This document shows positions 16,186 to 25,165 of a DNA stretch of 38,786 bases, piece after piece; positions within the stretch are counted from its first letter, which is position 1; each line of letters begins with the position of its first letter. The stretch is from an uncultured Candidatus Peribacteria bacterium (GTDB lineage Bacteria; Patescibacteriota; Gracilibacteria; Peribacterales; Peribacteraceae), in contig CAZESZ010000001.1 of assembly GCA_964514855.1 (NCBI GenBank), forward strand, positions 1 through 38,786, given 5' to 3'. A program made the translations under genes and the position numbers. The notes beneath the pieces were generated by a model that saw nothing but the letters and a program-made list of their open reading frames with translations, had not been told where the DNA came from and ran no database searches.

Positions 16186-16743
16186 CTACTGTCTCGGGAT
16201 GATCACATTATCCTCGCTACTCTGCGCATGTTTATTCGCATACCTCGCAGCGGTGAAGAGATAGTCGCTCAAACGATTCACAACGATCAGTACGTTCTCA
16301 GTGATCTGTTCAGATTCTTTGAGCTTGACGATCCACCGTTCGGCCCTGCGGCACACCGTGCGCGCCTGATGTAACAGTGCTCCCGCCCGGCTGCCTCCGG
16401 GCACGATAAATCGTACAAGCGGCTGAAGCTCGAGGTCCATCGCATCGATCCATCGTTCCAGTTTCTCGGGGTATCCAGCATCGGTCCGCAGAATGTTCGC
16501 TGTGCTATCCAAAGGCGTTGCGAGATCCGCGCCGAGAGAGAAGAGAAGTGATTGGATCTCGATGAGTTGTCCTCTGAGGAATCTCGGTACGGACACTTCC
16601 GTGATGACGAGCCCCAGGATGGCATTTAGCTCATCCAGTGTGCCGTACGCGTGCAGACGAGTTGCCGATTTCGATACGCGCTTTCCTCCAAAGAGGCTGG
16701 TACTGCCCTTGTCGCCGCTGCGCGTATAAATCTTCATGCTCAT
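16186..16743 (-). CDS. PduO-type ATP:cob(I)alamin adenosyltransferase
   Basis: 185 aa. MKIYTRSGDKGSTSLFGGKRVSK..RLHAYGTLDELNA signature. TGTATACT -10 lies 10 nt upstream, inside the pheT 3' end. Confidence 0.88.
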   Translation of the reverse strand: MSMKIYTRSGDKGSTSLFGGKRVSKSATRLHAYGTLDELNAILGLVITEVSVPRFLRGQLIEIQSLLFSLGADLATPLDSTANILRTDAGYPEKLERWIDAMDLELQPLVRFIVPGGSRAGALLHQARTVCRRAERWIVKLKESEQITENVLIVVNRLSDYLFTAARYANKHAQSSEDNVIIPRQ

Positions 16744-16753
16744 GAGGAAGCAC

Positions 16754-16761
16754 AGTATACA
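16754..16761 (-). promoter_or_regulatory. -10 TGTATACT for the PduO-type adenosyltransferase gene
   Basis: Lies between the pheT stop (16768) and ATG 16743, with a 10-nt gap to the ATG. The same 8-mer occurs upstream of sufS. Confidence 0.45.
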
Positions 16762-16767
16762 CTTCTC

Positions 16768-19131
16768 TCACGCTTTCTTCAGCTCCGTCAGCACACGAGT
16801 GTGGATCTTCTCCACTTCTTCCTGTGTCAATGTCCTATCCTCTGCGCGGTACGTGAACCGTAGTGTCAGCGTTTTTCCGTTCGCACCTTCGTACAGGTCG
16901 GCGACGGTTATGTTCGTGAGGAGTGGACTGAGTGCACGAAGTTTTTTCGTGATCGTCTCGTACGCAGTCTTAGGAATAACGAGGGTTTCGTCGAATTCCA
17001 CTGCCGGGAATACCGGTAGCGCCGTGGGTATCAACACGTTGGGTTTGAGGCCAAGTAACGCGTGAGCATCCAGGATCGCGACTGCGACTCGACCTGGAAG
17101 ACCGAACGCTTTCCTGATATGCGGGGCCACTTCCGCCAGGAGGCCGATCTTCTTTCCCTGGCATGAGACCGTAGCGCTCCGGCCTGCGTGTGCGAGTGGC
17201 GGGAGATTCTTCATTGTTTGTGCGTAGGAGATGTCGTATCCCACGCGTTTCATCGCCTGCGTCAGATCCGCTTTCGTAATGAGGACTGGATCATCTTTCA
17301 GTGTCGTCTTGCTTTTGGCCGCTGTGAGTAGTGCCAATTCTGCGCGCTCCTGGCCGGGAGAAAAGACTTGTCCATACTCGAAGACTTTCAACGTTGCCGA
17401 GGTGGACATCGTCAGTTCTCGCGCTACGGTCTCCAGGAGTCCTGGCACCAGGCTTTGGCGCATCCGTGACAGTTCTTCGCCGATCGGATTTTCTATCGAG
17501 ACGACCTTCGTTGTATCGTTTCCAGCTTTCTGCATGACGCTTGGACTCGTGAACGCGAGGTGCAAGAGTTCCGTGAAGCCCTGTTCTTTCAGTGCATCGC
17601 GAATACCATTCGTCCGCTCGTCCCGCTGAGGAGGCATGATGCTCGCCTCCGGCATGACCGCTGTGACGTTTGCGTAGCCATACACTCGCGCTACTTCTTC
17701 AGCGATATCCTGGACGTGTGTGATGTCACGTCTCCAGGCCGGTGGCGTCACGGTGAGCGCGGCACCGGTTCCTTTCACGGAACAGCCGAGATCAGTCAAG
17801 ATTTTCTTCGCCCTCTTGGCCTCTATGGATGAACCGATGTATCCGAGGACTTTTCCGAGATCTGCTTTCACCGGTTTCTGCGCAGATATTTTCCCCCAGG
17901 TGACGAGCTTCGAAACTACGCGGCAGTCTGCGGCGTTTTCGGTCAGCAGTTCAATGGCGCGCCTGAGGCCAATCGACGCTGAGATCGGCGGCACACCTTT
18001 TTCGTAGACCGTTGCGGCGTCGGTCCGGTGGCTCATCGCGATGGTCGTGCGGCGAACGGACACAGGATCCGGGATACCGGCCTGCAGAAACACACTTCTC
18101 GTTGTCGGCTTCTGAGATGTTCGGAGGCCTCCCATGACGCCGAAGAGATCGAAAATTCCCATATCGTCGCTGATCACCAGGGCACCTGCGGGAAGTTCTC
18201 GTGCGGCATTGTCCAGCGTCGTGATCTTCTCACCTGTCTTCGCGGTGCGGATCCGGATATCGCTGGCGAAATCATCGGCATCGAACGCGTGCAGCGGCAT
18301 GCCGGTTTCCATCAGCACATAGTTCGTCACGTCGACCATCAGATTGATAGGTCGCCAGCCGGTGGCCGAAAGCCTTCGTTGCATCCAGTCGGGCGATGGC
18401 CCGGATGCATCGACGTGCAGAAGCACACCTTCGTAATACGGCACGAGCTCTTTCGCATCATTGATCACTGTGAATGGTGGGGGAGTCGAGGGGAATTTCA
18501 CGGCAGGGACCTTTGGTTCTTTCTTCCAGGTCGCAAGACCCATGGCCACCAGTTCACGCGCGACGCCGATCTGCGAGAAGAGGTCGGGACGATTTGTAAT
18601 CGCGTGATTATCGATGTGGAAGATGACGTCCGTGAGGCCGAGCGCCGTGCGGAGCGGTGTGCCGGGCTTGAAGCCGCACGCCGTGAGATCGACGATTGGT
18701 CTGCTGCCATGGTCAGGCATTCGTACAAATAGTGTCTCGATGCCCAATTCCTCCGATGCGCAGATCATGCCATGACTCTCGATGCCACGAATCTTGATGG
18801 GCGCGAGTGTCATTGTTTCTCCTCCATGCCATTTCACCGTGGCACCCACATGTGCAAACGCGACCAGCATGTCCGGCTTCACATTCGTTCCCCCACAGAC
18901 CACAGTTTTCGTTCCCTGATCGGTCTGCACCCTGCATACCGAAAGCGTGTCGGCGTTCGGGTGCTTGTCGACCGTGATGACCTTGCCGACGACGACATTC
19001 TCCAAGAACGCACCTTGCATCTCCACTGCATCTACTTCTCCCGTCCCCCGCGTGATGCGGTCTGCGATAACCTCCGGATCGGTTTCGATCCAGTCGATGA
19101 AATCCGAAAGCCAGTCTCGTGAGATCTTCAT
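16768..19131 (-). CDS. pheT: Phenylalanine--tRNA ligase beta subunit
   Basis: 787 aa. N-terminal tRNA-binding OB domain (VVGKVITVDKHPNADTLSVCRV), then B3/4, B5 and C-terminal FDX-ACB-like regions. pheS is not adjacent. Confidence 0.92.
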   Translation of the reverse strand: MKISRDWLSDFIDWIETDPEVIADRITRGTGEVDAVEMQGAFLENVVVGKVITVDKHPNADTLSVCRVQTDQGTKTVVCGGTNVKPDMLVAFAHVGATVKWHGGETMTLAPIKIRGIESHGMICASEELGIETLFVRMPDHGSRPIVDLTACGFKPGTPLRTALGLTDVIFHIDNHAITNRPDLFSQIGVARELVAMGLATWKKEPKVPAVKFPSTPPPFTVINDAKELVPYYEGVLLHVDASGPSPDWMQRRLSATGWRPINLMVDVTNYVLMETGMPLHAFDADDFASDIRIRTAKTGEKITTLDNAARELPAGALVISDDMGIFDLFGVMGGLRTSQKPTTRSVFLQAGIPDPVSVRRTTIAMSHRTDAATVYEKGVPPISASIGLRRAIELLTENAADCRVVSKLVTWGKISAQKPVKADLGKVLGYIGSSIEAKRAKKILTDLGCSVKGTGAALTVTPPAWRRDITHVQDIAEEVARVYGYANVTAVMPEASIMPPQRDERTNGIRDALKEQGFTELLHLAFTSPSVMQKAGNDTTKVVSIENPIGEELSRMRQSLVPGLLETVARELTMSTSATLKVFEYGQVFSPGQERAELALLTAAKSKTTLKDDPVLITKADLTQAMKRVGYDISYAQTMKNLPPLAHAGRSATVSCQGKKIGLLAEVAPHIRKAFGLPGRVAVAILDAHALLGLKPNVLIPTALPVFPAVEFDETLVIPKTAYETITKKLRALSPLLTNITVADLYEGANGKTLTLRFTYRAEDRTLTQEEVEKIHTRVLTELKKA

Positions 19132-19202
19132 GGCGGATACGATACGGCAGAGCAGGAAAGGTGTACACTGTCGACCACTTACCTCATTCTTCCCTCTTCA
19201 TT

Positions 19203-19475
19203 ATGGCTCTCATGGGTAAAAAGAAGGATTCCTGTTCCACCAGTTGCCTCGTGACCAAGTGGGCGCTCTGCCTCCTACTTCTCCTTGTCACAGCGGCATC
19301 GATCGTCGGCGTGTACGAGACGCACATCATCATCGGTACCGATCCGGCTCGCTTTGCGCTGCAATTCGGTTCTACGTCTGGTTCACTCGCAATCATCGCA
19401 TTCGTCATGTCGTCCGTTGCGTTCATGAAGCACATGGTCTGCTGCATGTCGCCCTGCGAAGTCTGTTCCAAGTAG
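19203..19475 (+). CDS. Hypothetical small membrane protein with Cys-rich tail
   Basis: Start at ATG 19203 (M29 of track ORF 19119..19475). Lys-rich N-terminus with CSTSC, two hydrophobic helices and tail MVCCMSPCEVCSK. No family recognised. Confidence 0.4.
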   Translation: MALMGKKKDSCSTSCLVTKWALCLLLLLVTAASIVGVYETHIIIGTDPARFALQFGSTSGSLAIIAFVMSSVAFMKHMVCCMSPCEVCSK

Positions 19476-19484
19476 TGAAATACG

Positions 19485-19516
19485 AAAGCGGGCGTGGTAT
19501 AGTCCACGTCCGCTTT
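19485..19516 (+). terminator. 13-bp stem hairpin after the Cys-rich small ORF
   Basis: AAAGCGGGCGTGG-tatagt-CCACGTCCGCTTT (one G-T pair). No clear U-tract beyond the stem. Confidence 0.35.
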
Positions 19517-19530
19517 GGCGAGGTCGCACA

Positions 19531-19548
19531 GATGGCGCCTGCGCCATC
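19531..19548. other. GC-rich palindrome GATGGCGC-CT-GCGCCATC upstream of tRNA-Ser
   Basis: Perfect 8-bp arms, read directly from the sequence. Function unknown. Confidence 0.3.
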
Positions 19549-19588
19549 GCAAAAAGTCCCCGATAGTTATTTGTCATCATTCAACCGT

Positions 19589-19678
19589 GGAGAGGTCGCA
19601 TAGTGGCCTAGTGCGCTCGCTTGGAAAGCGAGTAGACGTGAAAACGTCTCGGGAGTTCGAATCTCCCCCTCTCCGCCA
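19589..19678 (+). tRNA. tRNA-Ser (anticodon GGA), CCA encoded
   Basis: Acceptor GGAGAGG/CCTCTCC. Anticodon stem CTCGC/GCGAG with loop TTGGAAA. Long variable arm (GACG..CGTC). T-arm GGGAG-TTCGAAT-CTCCC. Terminal GCCA. Confidence 0.93.
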
Positions 19679-19687
19679 ACCTACGCT

Positions 19688-19710
19688 CCTGCGGAGCTTC
19701 GGTTGGCAGG
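19688..19710. terminator. UUCG-loop hairpin between tRNA-Ser and the convergent ALG10-like gene
   Basis: CCTGCGGAGC-TTCG-GTTGGCAGG, with 5+3 bp and an internal mismatch. Placed between two convergent 3' ends. Confidence 0.35.
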
Positions 19711-19755
19711 CCACCCACCTACTTCTTAAAACTCTGATCTGCAGGACACCCACAT

Positions 19756-21081
19756 TTAGAAAAACATCCACCGAGATGCCATGATCCAGTACAGAACGAC
19801 GCTGAGAGAAATGTTGTAGATGGCCTGCATCCATTCCGCGGACGTGCTCTGTTCTTTTCTCAGGATCAGGAAGAAGGTCATCGGAACGAAGTAATAGCGC
19901 TGTTCGATGAGCCATGAGGGAAGTAGATAGAGGATGGTCATCGGGTACAGCAGATAATGAATCGGCTTACGGAATCGCGTGACGAGTAAGGATAGGAGCG
20001 CGAGCGTTGTGGGAATGAAGAAAAGCGTTTTCAGCAGCGGTGTCAGCGTGAAGTACGAAAGAATCCGATTTCGCAGAAAGACCGAATCTAGGCCCTGGTT
20101 GTAGCCGTGTGTGTTCACGAACGTCATCATCCCAAGGACGAAGAAGAGAACGACGATCGTCGGAGCGAATCGGTCTGTTCGCAGATACCGAAAAATTTTC
20201 TTGAGATTGAACAGGTGCATCGGCAGAAAAAGAATGCCCAAAAGAAACAGCAGAAAATACACGTTGCCCAGATGGAACGATGGAAACGGATGCGACTCTT
20301 TATCGCCGATCGCGATGCCGCCATTGAGCTTTATGAAAATGGTGAAGAGAAAAAATCCCAGGTAAAAAACAATGACACTGACGAGCAGATGTGCATTGTG
20401 GACCGTCGGTTCTTCTGCGCTCTGCCATCTACGTGCGAGGCGTCGAGTGCACCGCAGCGGTATCAGCGAGACGATGCGATGCAGGATGCCAGTTTCGTGA
20501 ATACAGGCGATGAAGAAGTATCCGAACCACACGATGTTATTTTGGCGCACGAGAATTGCGATCGCCGAAGCGATGCTCGCCCATGCGTAGCTTTTTCGCT
20601 CATGTGCATGCAGTGCAAAAAGAAGTAGCAACAGTGACAGAACGTCTGTGTAGAGCAGGAAAAAAAACGGAAGGATGATCGGTAGGAATGCGTATTGCAC
20701 GGTTTTTGCTACTGTGCTTGTCTTGTTCACTGTTTGTGCTGTTCGAAGAAAAACGAAGACAGATGTCAACGATAGAAGCAGGTTCACGAGTCGGTAAAAA
20801 GTGATCGACCGTTCTCCCATGATCGTCGATGCCACAGTCATGAAGGCGTGATATCCTGGGATCGTCGTCAGAGAGCCAGTGACCGTAAAGTTGCCATTCT
20901 GAAAACTTTCGATTTGCTCCATGTGAAATCCTTCATCGCCGAAGAACGTCGCATCCTTCACCCCGAGAAATGCGAGACAGAGAATGACGATAATCCCAAA
21001 CAGAACGATGGTCTGAAAATCTCGTTGCGTTGGAAGATATTTCCCTATCCATGCGGGAAGCGAGCGATGCATGGATTTCAT
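19756..21081 (-). CDS. DIE2/ALG10-like (GT59-like) GT-C integral membrane glycosyltransferase
   Basis: 441 aa, multi-TM. The blocks FGDEGFHMEQ..LTTIPGYH, LYTD, VRQNNIVW, NGGIAIGDKESH and EQRYYFVP match, from memory, the conserved blocks of eukaryotic ALG10. ATG 21072 is an alternative start (TGtGATACG 9 nt upstream). Confidence 0.72.
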   Translation of the reverse strand: MKSMHRSLPAWIGKYLPTQRDFQTIVLFGIIVILCLAFLGVKDATFFGDEGFHMEQIESFQNGNFTVTGSLTTIPGYHAFMTVASTIMGERSITFYRLVNLLLSLTSVFVFLRTAQTVNKTSTVAKTVQYAFLPIILPFFFLLYTDVLSLLLLLFALHAHERKSYAWASIASAIAILVRQNNIVWFGYFFIACIHETGILHRIVSLIPLRCTRRLARRWQSAEEPTVHNAHLLVSVIVFYLGFFLFTIFIKLNGGIAIGDKESHPFPSFHLGNVYFLLFLLGILFLPMHLFNLKKIFRYLRTDRFAPTIVVLFFVLGMMTFVNTHGYNQGLDSVFLRNRILSYFTLTPLLKTLFFIPTTLALLSLLVTRFRKPIHYLLYPMTILYLLPSWLIEQRYYFVPMTFFLILRKEQSTSAEWMQAIYNISLSVVLYWIMASRWMFF

Positions 21082-21106
21082 CGTATCACAATGCTGCTCT
21101 TTGGCT

Positions 21107-21112
21107 TATACT
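21107..21112 (+). promoter_or_regulatory. -10 TATACT for the PMT-like GT-C gene
   Basis: Lies 10 nt upstream of ATG 21123, in a divergent region shared with the ALG10-like gene (TGtGATACG at 21082-21090 on the minus strand). Confidence 0.45.
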
Positions 21113-21122
21113 ATCCGCCGTT

Positions 21123-22949
21123 ATGCCCGGAGAGGGTACATCCCATGCGGCACAGCGGACATGGTTCTCACTCGAGAAGGATTTGATCGTGCTATGCGCG
21201 TCGGTGGTGCTCCTCCTGTGGTTTGTTTTTTTGATATCCATTGCTCGTCAGTCAGTCCCACATTTCACGAACGGAACCTACAGCATCGATTCCGGCCCCG
21301 CACGCACGTTCGTTTTTCCATTGTCCTTTCCTTCCGCGGGACAGAATGTCGTCATCGATGTCGATCTGACGAGTTTGTGGGGGTACCGCCCTTTGCTGTA
21401 CATCGCAGTGGATGACTGCATACTCTCGATGACGATCAACGGTCACAGCGTTGCATCGCCAGTCATCAATCTTCCGTACTGCAACAGTGAACCGAAAGAG
21501 TTTCGTCTCCACGATTTTCTGGGTCAGTCCGTCAATCATTTTTCCCTGACGCTCCGCGATCATGGCGGCCTCACGAAACTGACGATCGACATTGGAAAAG
21601 CCGACCCATTGAAACTTTTATTCTGGATACTCGGTATCGCTTCTGTGCTTGTGTACGTAGCGTTCTGTGCACGCGTGCTCCGGTGGCATGTATCGGACAT
21701 GAGCGTCGCTGCCATCACATGTATCGGCATACTCCTGCGGTACCTGTACATGGCTTCTACATCGTACGATGTCCGTTCGCACGAGTGGGACAAACATGTG
21801 GAATACATTCTGCATATGGCGCGGCATTTCTCCGTACCTCCGGCTGCTGCAGGATGGGAATTCCACCAGCCCCCATTCTATTATCTGCTCACGGGACTCT
21901 GGATGCGAATCGGCGGAGCTTTGAGCAGAACCATGGCGATGCTGCTGCACGACCTGCAGATGATATCGCTTCTCATGAGCATCCTGACACTACTCGTCGG
22001 TGTTGGCATCGCATATACCCTTTTTCATGGGCCGATGCAGAGACTGCAACGTATGCTCATGGTCGCGCTCGTGGCAACGTTTCCGACCCTCGTGATGTTT
22101 TCGTCACGCATCAATAACGATACACTGCTCCAATTCCTCGCATTCCTCTTCGTCTTTTTTCTTGTGCGCTTCTGGCAGGGTCAGCGGCTCCAAGATTTCT
22201 GGGGCCAAACATTCGTCATCGCCGTCGCGCTTCTCACGAAATTGAGCGGTCTCATCTTCATGCCAGTGTCCATTCTGTGCATCGCCTGCATGCGCGGCAT
22301 GATGTGGGGCAAAAAAATACTCTTGGTCAGTCTGCTGATTGCATTCTGCTTGGTGACCACCGGCTGGCTCCCGATTCTTCGATATACCGTAGAGCATGAC
22401 ACATCACGTTCCCTCTACTTTGCCAGTAAAGGCATAGACCCGATGGTGAAGCTCACGAATATACCAAAAAATTTCCTCGTCTTTCACCCGCTCGAAATAC
22501 TACGGCATCCGTTCAATGATCCGTACTCAGATCAGGAGCGTCGCCAATTTTTCCCGGAATATTTCTTCAAGTCCGCTTTCTTCGGTGAGTTCTCTTTCCC
22601 GGACACGTTTCGGACGCTCAGCTTCCTCATACTTGGCCTCGGATTGGTCTCTCTTGTATTGGCATGCGCGGGGGTCATCCAGGCGGTCCGAACGAGGCAG
22701 CCTGCGATCTTTCCCCTCGTACTCATCACTGTCTTTCATCTCGCCGCAGCTCTTATCTATCGCTATCTAGCTCCTTTTTCACCGGCGCAGGATTTCCGAT
22801 ACGTGACGATCCTGACCATTCCATGGTTCTATTTTGCCATTCTTGGATCCTCAAATCTTCCCGCGCCGCTTCGCAGGTTCTGTACGAGTATTCTCTTCGC
22901 ATGGGCGCTGGTGTGCGCGATCTTCTTCCTGAAGATCTTCTTTGATTAG
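21123..22949 (+). CDS. PMT_2/ArnT-like GT-C glycosyltransferase with N-terminal extracytoplasmic domain
   Basis: Start at ATG 21123 (M32 of track ORF 21030..22949), with TATACT 10 nt upstream. TM1, a soluble domain, then a multi-TM core with YDVRSHEWDKHVEY..EFHQPPFYYLL. Confidence 0.7.
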   Translation: MPGEGTSHAAQRTWFSLEKDLIVLCASVVLLLWFVFLISIARQSVPHFTNGTYSIDSGPARTFVFPLSFPSAGQNVVIDVDLTSLWGYRPLLYIAVDDCILSMTINGHSVASPVINLPYCNSEPKEFRLHDFLGQSVNHFSLTLRDHGGLTKLTIDIGKADPLKLLFWILGIASVLVYVAFCARVLRWHVSDMSVAAITCIGILLRYLYMASTSYDVRSHEWDKHVEYILHMARHFSVPPAAAGWEFHQPPFYYLLTGLWMRIGGALSRTMAMLLHDLQMISLLMSILTLLVGVGIAYTLFHGPMQRLQRMLMVALVATFPTLVMFSSRINNDTLLQFLAFLFVFFLVRFWQGQRLQDFWGQTFVIAVALLTKLSGLIFMPVSILCIACMRGMMWGKKILLVSLLIAFCLVTTGWLPILRYTVEHDTSRSLYFASKGIDPMVKLTNIPKNFLVFHPLEILRHPFNDPYSDQERRQFFPEYFFKSAFFGEFSFPDTFRTLSFLILGLGLVSLVLACAGVIQAVRTRQPAIFPLVLITVFHLAAALIYRYLAPFSPAQDFRYVTILTIPWFYFAILGSSNLPAPLRRFCTSILFAWALVCAIFFLKIFFD

Positions 22950-23149
22950 TGGCCCCTCTGCAGTCTCTTTGCGAGCGTGCGCAGGTACGACGTCGCGACT
23001 TTCATGCGTACGTACGTTCCGGTCTTCGGGTCGAAGACGCGCTTCTTCACGATATTCGCCTTGAACGTGCGCCTCGTTGCACGCAGCGAGTGGCTCCGGA
23101 GATTCCCGGTTGAGCCTTTTTTGCCGGTCATTTGGCAGATACGCGCCAT
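22946..23149 (-). CDS. rpmB: 50S ribosomal protein L28
   Basis: Start at ATG 23149 (M17 of track ORF): MARICQMTGKKGSTGNLRSHSLRATRRTFKANI. Promoter TTGACG-17-TACAGT ends 10 nt upstream. Confidence 0.9.
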   Translation of the reverse strand: MARICQMTGKKGSTGNLRSHSLRATRRTFKANIVKKRVFDPKTGTYVRMKVATSYLRTLAKRLQRGH

Positions 23150-23159
23150 GAGCTTGCAG

Positions 23160-23188
23160 ACTGTAGTGAAGTGAAGCGGCTTCGTCAA
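23160..23188 (-). promoter_or_regulatory. Promoter TTGACG-17-TACAGT for rpmB
   Basis: Read on the minus strand. The -10 ends 10 nt before ATG 23149. Confidence 0.6.
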
Positions 23189-23242
23189 TGCCCTCACAGG
23201 TATTTTTCCGAGTCCCCATGCCGCTCCTGCTACGATGTCATC

Positions 23243-25165
23243 ATGTTTCAGGACGTACGCCGCCGGTTTTTCGGTTCGGGTTCGCGAGAGCCAGTTGCGT
23301 CCGGTCCTGGCGACTGTGACGTGCTGATTCCGGTCTTCAATCGTCCGGATATGCTTCGAACATTGCTTGCGCGTCTCGCCGTGAACACCGACCGATCGTT
23401 ACTGAGGCGCATCTGGATCGGTGATGATGGCAGTGACAGCTTCTCGACCGCGGCTATTTCTCGCCTTGCGAAAGAGTCAGGGCTTCCGATCACGATCATC
23501 CGTCACGAGACGTCGCTCGGATTTGGCGGCAACTGCAACGCACTCTTCGCACAGTCTGATGCTCGGCTGTGCATCATTCTCAATACGGATATCGATCTTC
23601 CGCCACAGTGGCTTCCGAGGATGCTCGCGCCGTTTTCCTCGGATGCACGCATCGCGCTTGCGACACCGCTGTCCACGAATGCCGCGAATCACACACTTCG
23701 CCTCAGGCCAGGTCAGCATTGGATGGAAGCGGACAGACTCCTCGCGAACGTGGTTCCAGCATTCCCGGATGACTGTACAGCGATAGGATTTTGTATGGCG
23801 GTGCATGCGGCCCTTCTGCGAGAGAATGCAATACCGCTCTTCGATCCTATATTCGGGCGAGGCTACGGTGAAGATACGGATCTTCATTACCGCGTTCTCG
23901 CGCACGGACTTCGGTCCGTCATCATCGATGATCTCCTCGTGCATCACAAAGGTGCAGCGTCATTTTCCGTTCTCCCGGATGCCGCCGCTATTCGCATGAA
24001 GGGCGAATCTCGCTTGCAGTCGCGGTGGGGGAAGGAGCATGCGCTTCGGTTTGCAGAGTTCCAGGCTCGCGATGCGCTCGGTGCGATTCGCGATCGTTCA
24101 ACGTCAGTTCTTTCACTGCAGAGCACACAAAAAAAATTCGATATTCTCTTCGTCCTTCCGAACAACAATCTGCGGTACGGTGGCATCTGGCTTATCGTTG
24201 AGATCGTGCAAGCGCTCATCGCGCACGGACTCGACGTCGGTGTGTTCGTCGTTGATCCTGGGGGAATCGTTTCTGATACCGCGGTGTATGGATTTTCTGC
24301 TTTCAATGAACTCGGCGACCTTTTTGAGCATGCCACTGCAGTGTCCTGCATCGTTTCGACATCGGATCGGACCATCGAACACGCGCAACGGCTGTGCGAA
24401 CGCTACGGCTCAACCGAGGTGCTCCTTCTCCAGAACATGGAAGCGGTGTTCCGCAGCGGATGCAATGTGGAGACATTTTTCCAGTATCGTCGCATCCGGA
24501 ATGTTCTCACGGTTTCGGAGTGCCTCACACAGTACATCCAGCTCATCAATCCGGACGTCAATGTGAAGCAGTTGAGGGTGGGCCCAGATCCGCTCGTATT
24601 TTATCCGCGGGACGTCGCCAGGCGTCCGTTCACGGTGGCACTTGCTGCGAATCTGATTCCTGAAAAAGGCACAACGCAAGCACTCGAGCTCGCTCTCATG
24701 CTCCGCGAACGCGGTTTTCACTTCACGATCTTCGGTTGGGACACGAAGGATTTTCCACTCGATGCCTCCATTGGTGATGTGTGTCATGACACCAGTAGGC
24801 AGGGACTCGCCCACCTCTTTAGCCATACCGAATTCATTATCGATCAGTCGTACCTGGAAGGTCTGGGCTTGCCGCCCATCGAAGCTGCTTTCTGCGGATG
24901 CATTCCGATCATCGGCTCCAGAGGCGCTGGGGAATATATTTTCCGTGACAGCGTCAATGCTGTTGTCATCGACGGATACAAGGATCTCGAGTCGTCTCTT
25001 CGTCGCGTGCAGCGTCTGACGCCTCAGGAAAAAAATCGTTTGCAGAAAAACGCGATGAAACTTCGGTCGGCGTTCAATCTTGAGATTGGCCTGCAGGATG
25101 CAGTGAAAGAGTTATCATCGCTTGCGACGTCCGGGCCCACATCGTACCCTCTGCATCATGAGTGA
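23243..25165 (+). CDS. Two-domain glycosyltransferase (N-terminal GT2 / C-terminal GT4-like)
   Basis: Start at ATG 23243 (TACGAT 6 nt upstream). GT-A part: VLIPVFNRPDML..IGDDGSD..LNTDIDL. GT-B part: EGLGLPPIEAAFCGCIPI. Confidence 0.8.
   Translation: MFQDVRRRFFGSGSREPVASGPGDCDVLIPVFNRPDMLRTLLARLAVNTDRSLLRRIWIGDDGSDSFSTAAISRLAKESGLPITIIRHETSLGFGGNCNALFAQSDARLCIILNTDIDLPPQWLPRMLAPFSSDARIALATPLSTNAANHTLRLRPGQHWMEADRLLANVVPAFPDDCTAIGFCMAVHAALLRENAIPLFDPIFGRGYGEDTDLHYRVLAHGLRSVIIDDLLVHHKGAASFSVLPDAAAIRMKGESRLQSRWGKEHALRFAEFQARDALGAIRDRSTSVLSLQSTQKKFDILFVLPNNNLRYGGIWLIVEIVQALIAHGLDVGVFVVDPGGIVSDTAVYGFSAFNELGDLFEHATAVSCIVSTSDRTIEHAQRLCERYGSTEVLLLQNMEAVFRSGCNVETFFQYRRIRNVLTVSECLTQYIQLINPDVNVKQLRVGPDPLVFYPRDVARRPFTVALAANLIPEKGTTQALELALMLRERGFHFTIFGWDTKDFPLDASIGDVCHDTSRQGLAHLFSHTEFIIDQSYLEGLGLPPIEAAFCGCIPIIGSRGAGEYIFRDSVNAVVIDGYKDLESSLRRVQRLTPQEKNRLQKNAMKLRSAFNLEIGLQDAVKELSSLATSGPTSYPLHHE

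Noticed and set aside
19132-19202. A T-box leader upstream of pheT, or a cobalamin riboswitch upstream of the adenosyltransferase gene (16744-16767).
   Set aside because: The intergenic regions are only about 70 nt and 24 nt. That is far too short for either element, and both contain a leaderless-type -10 instead.
19679-19755. An integrated element at tRNA-Ser (attL/attR-type direct repeat of the tRNA 3' end).
   Set aside because: The only partial repeat I found of the tRNA 3' end is a 9-nt CCCCTCTCC at 34373, which is part of a hairpin. No integrase is present and the match is too short to mean anything.
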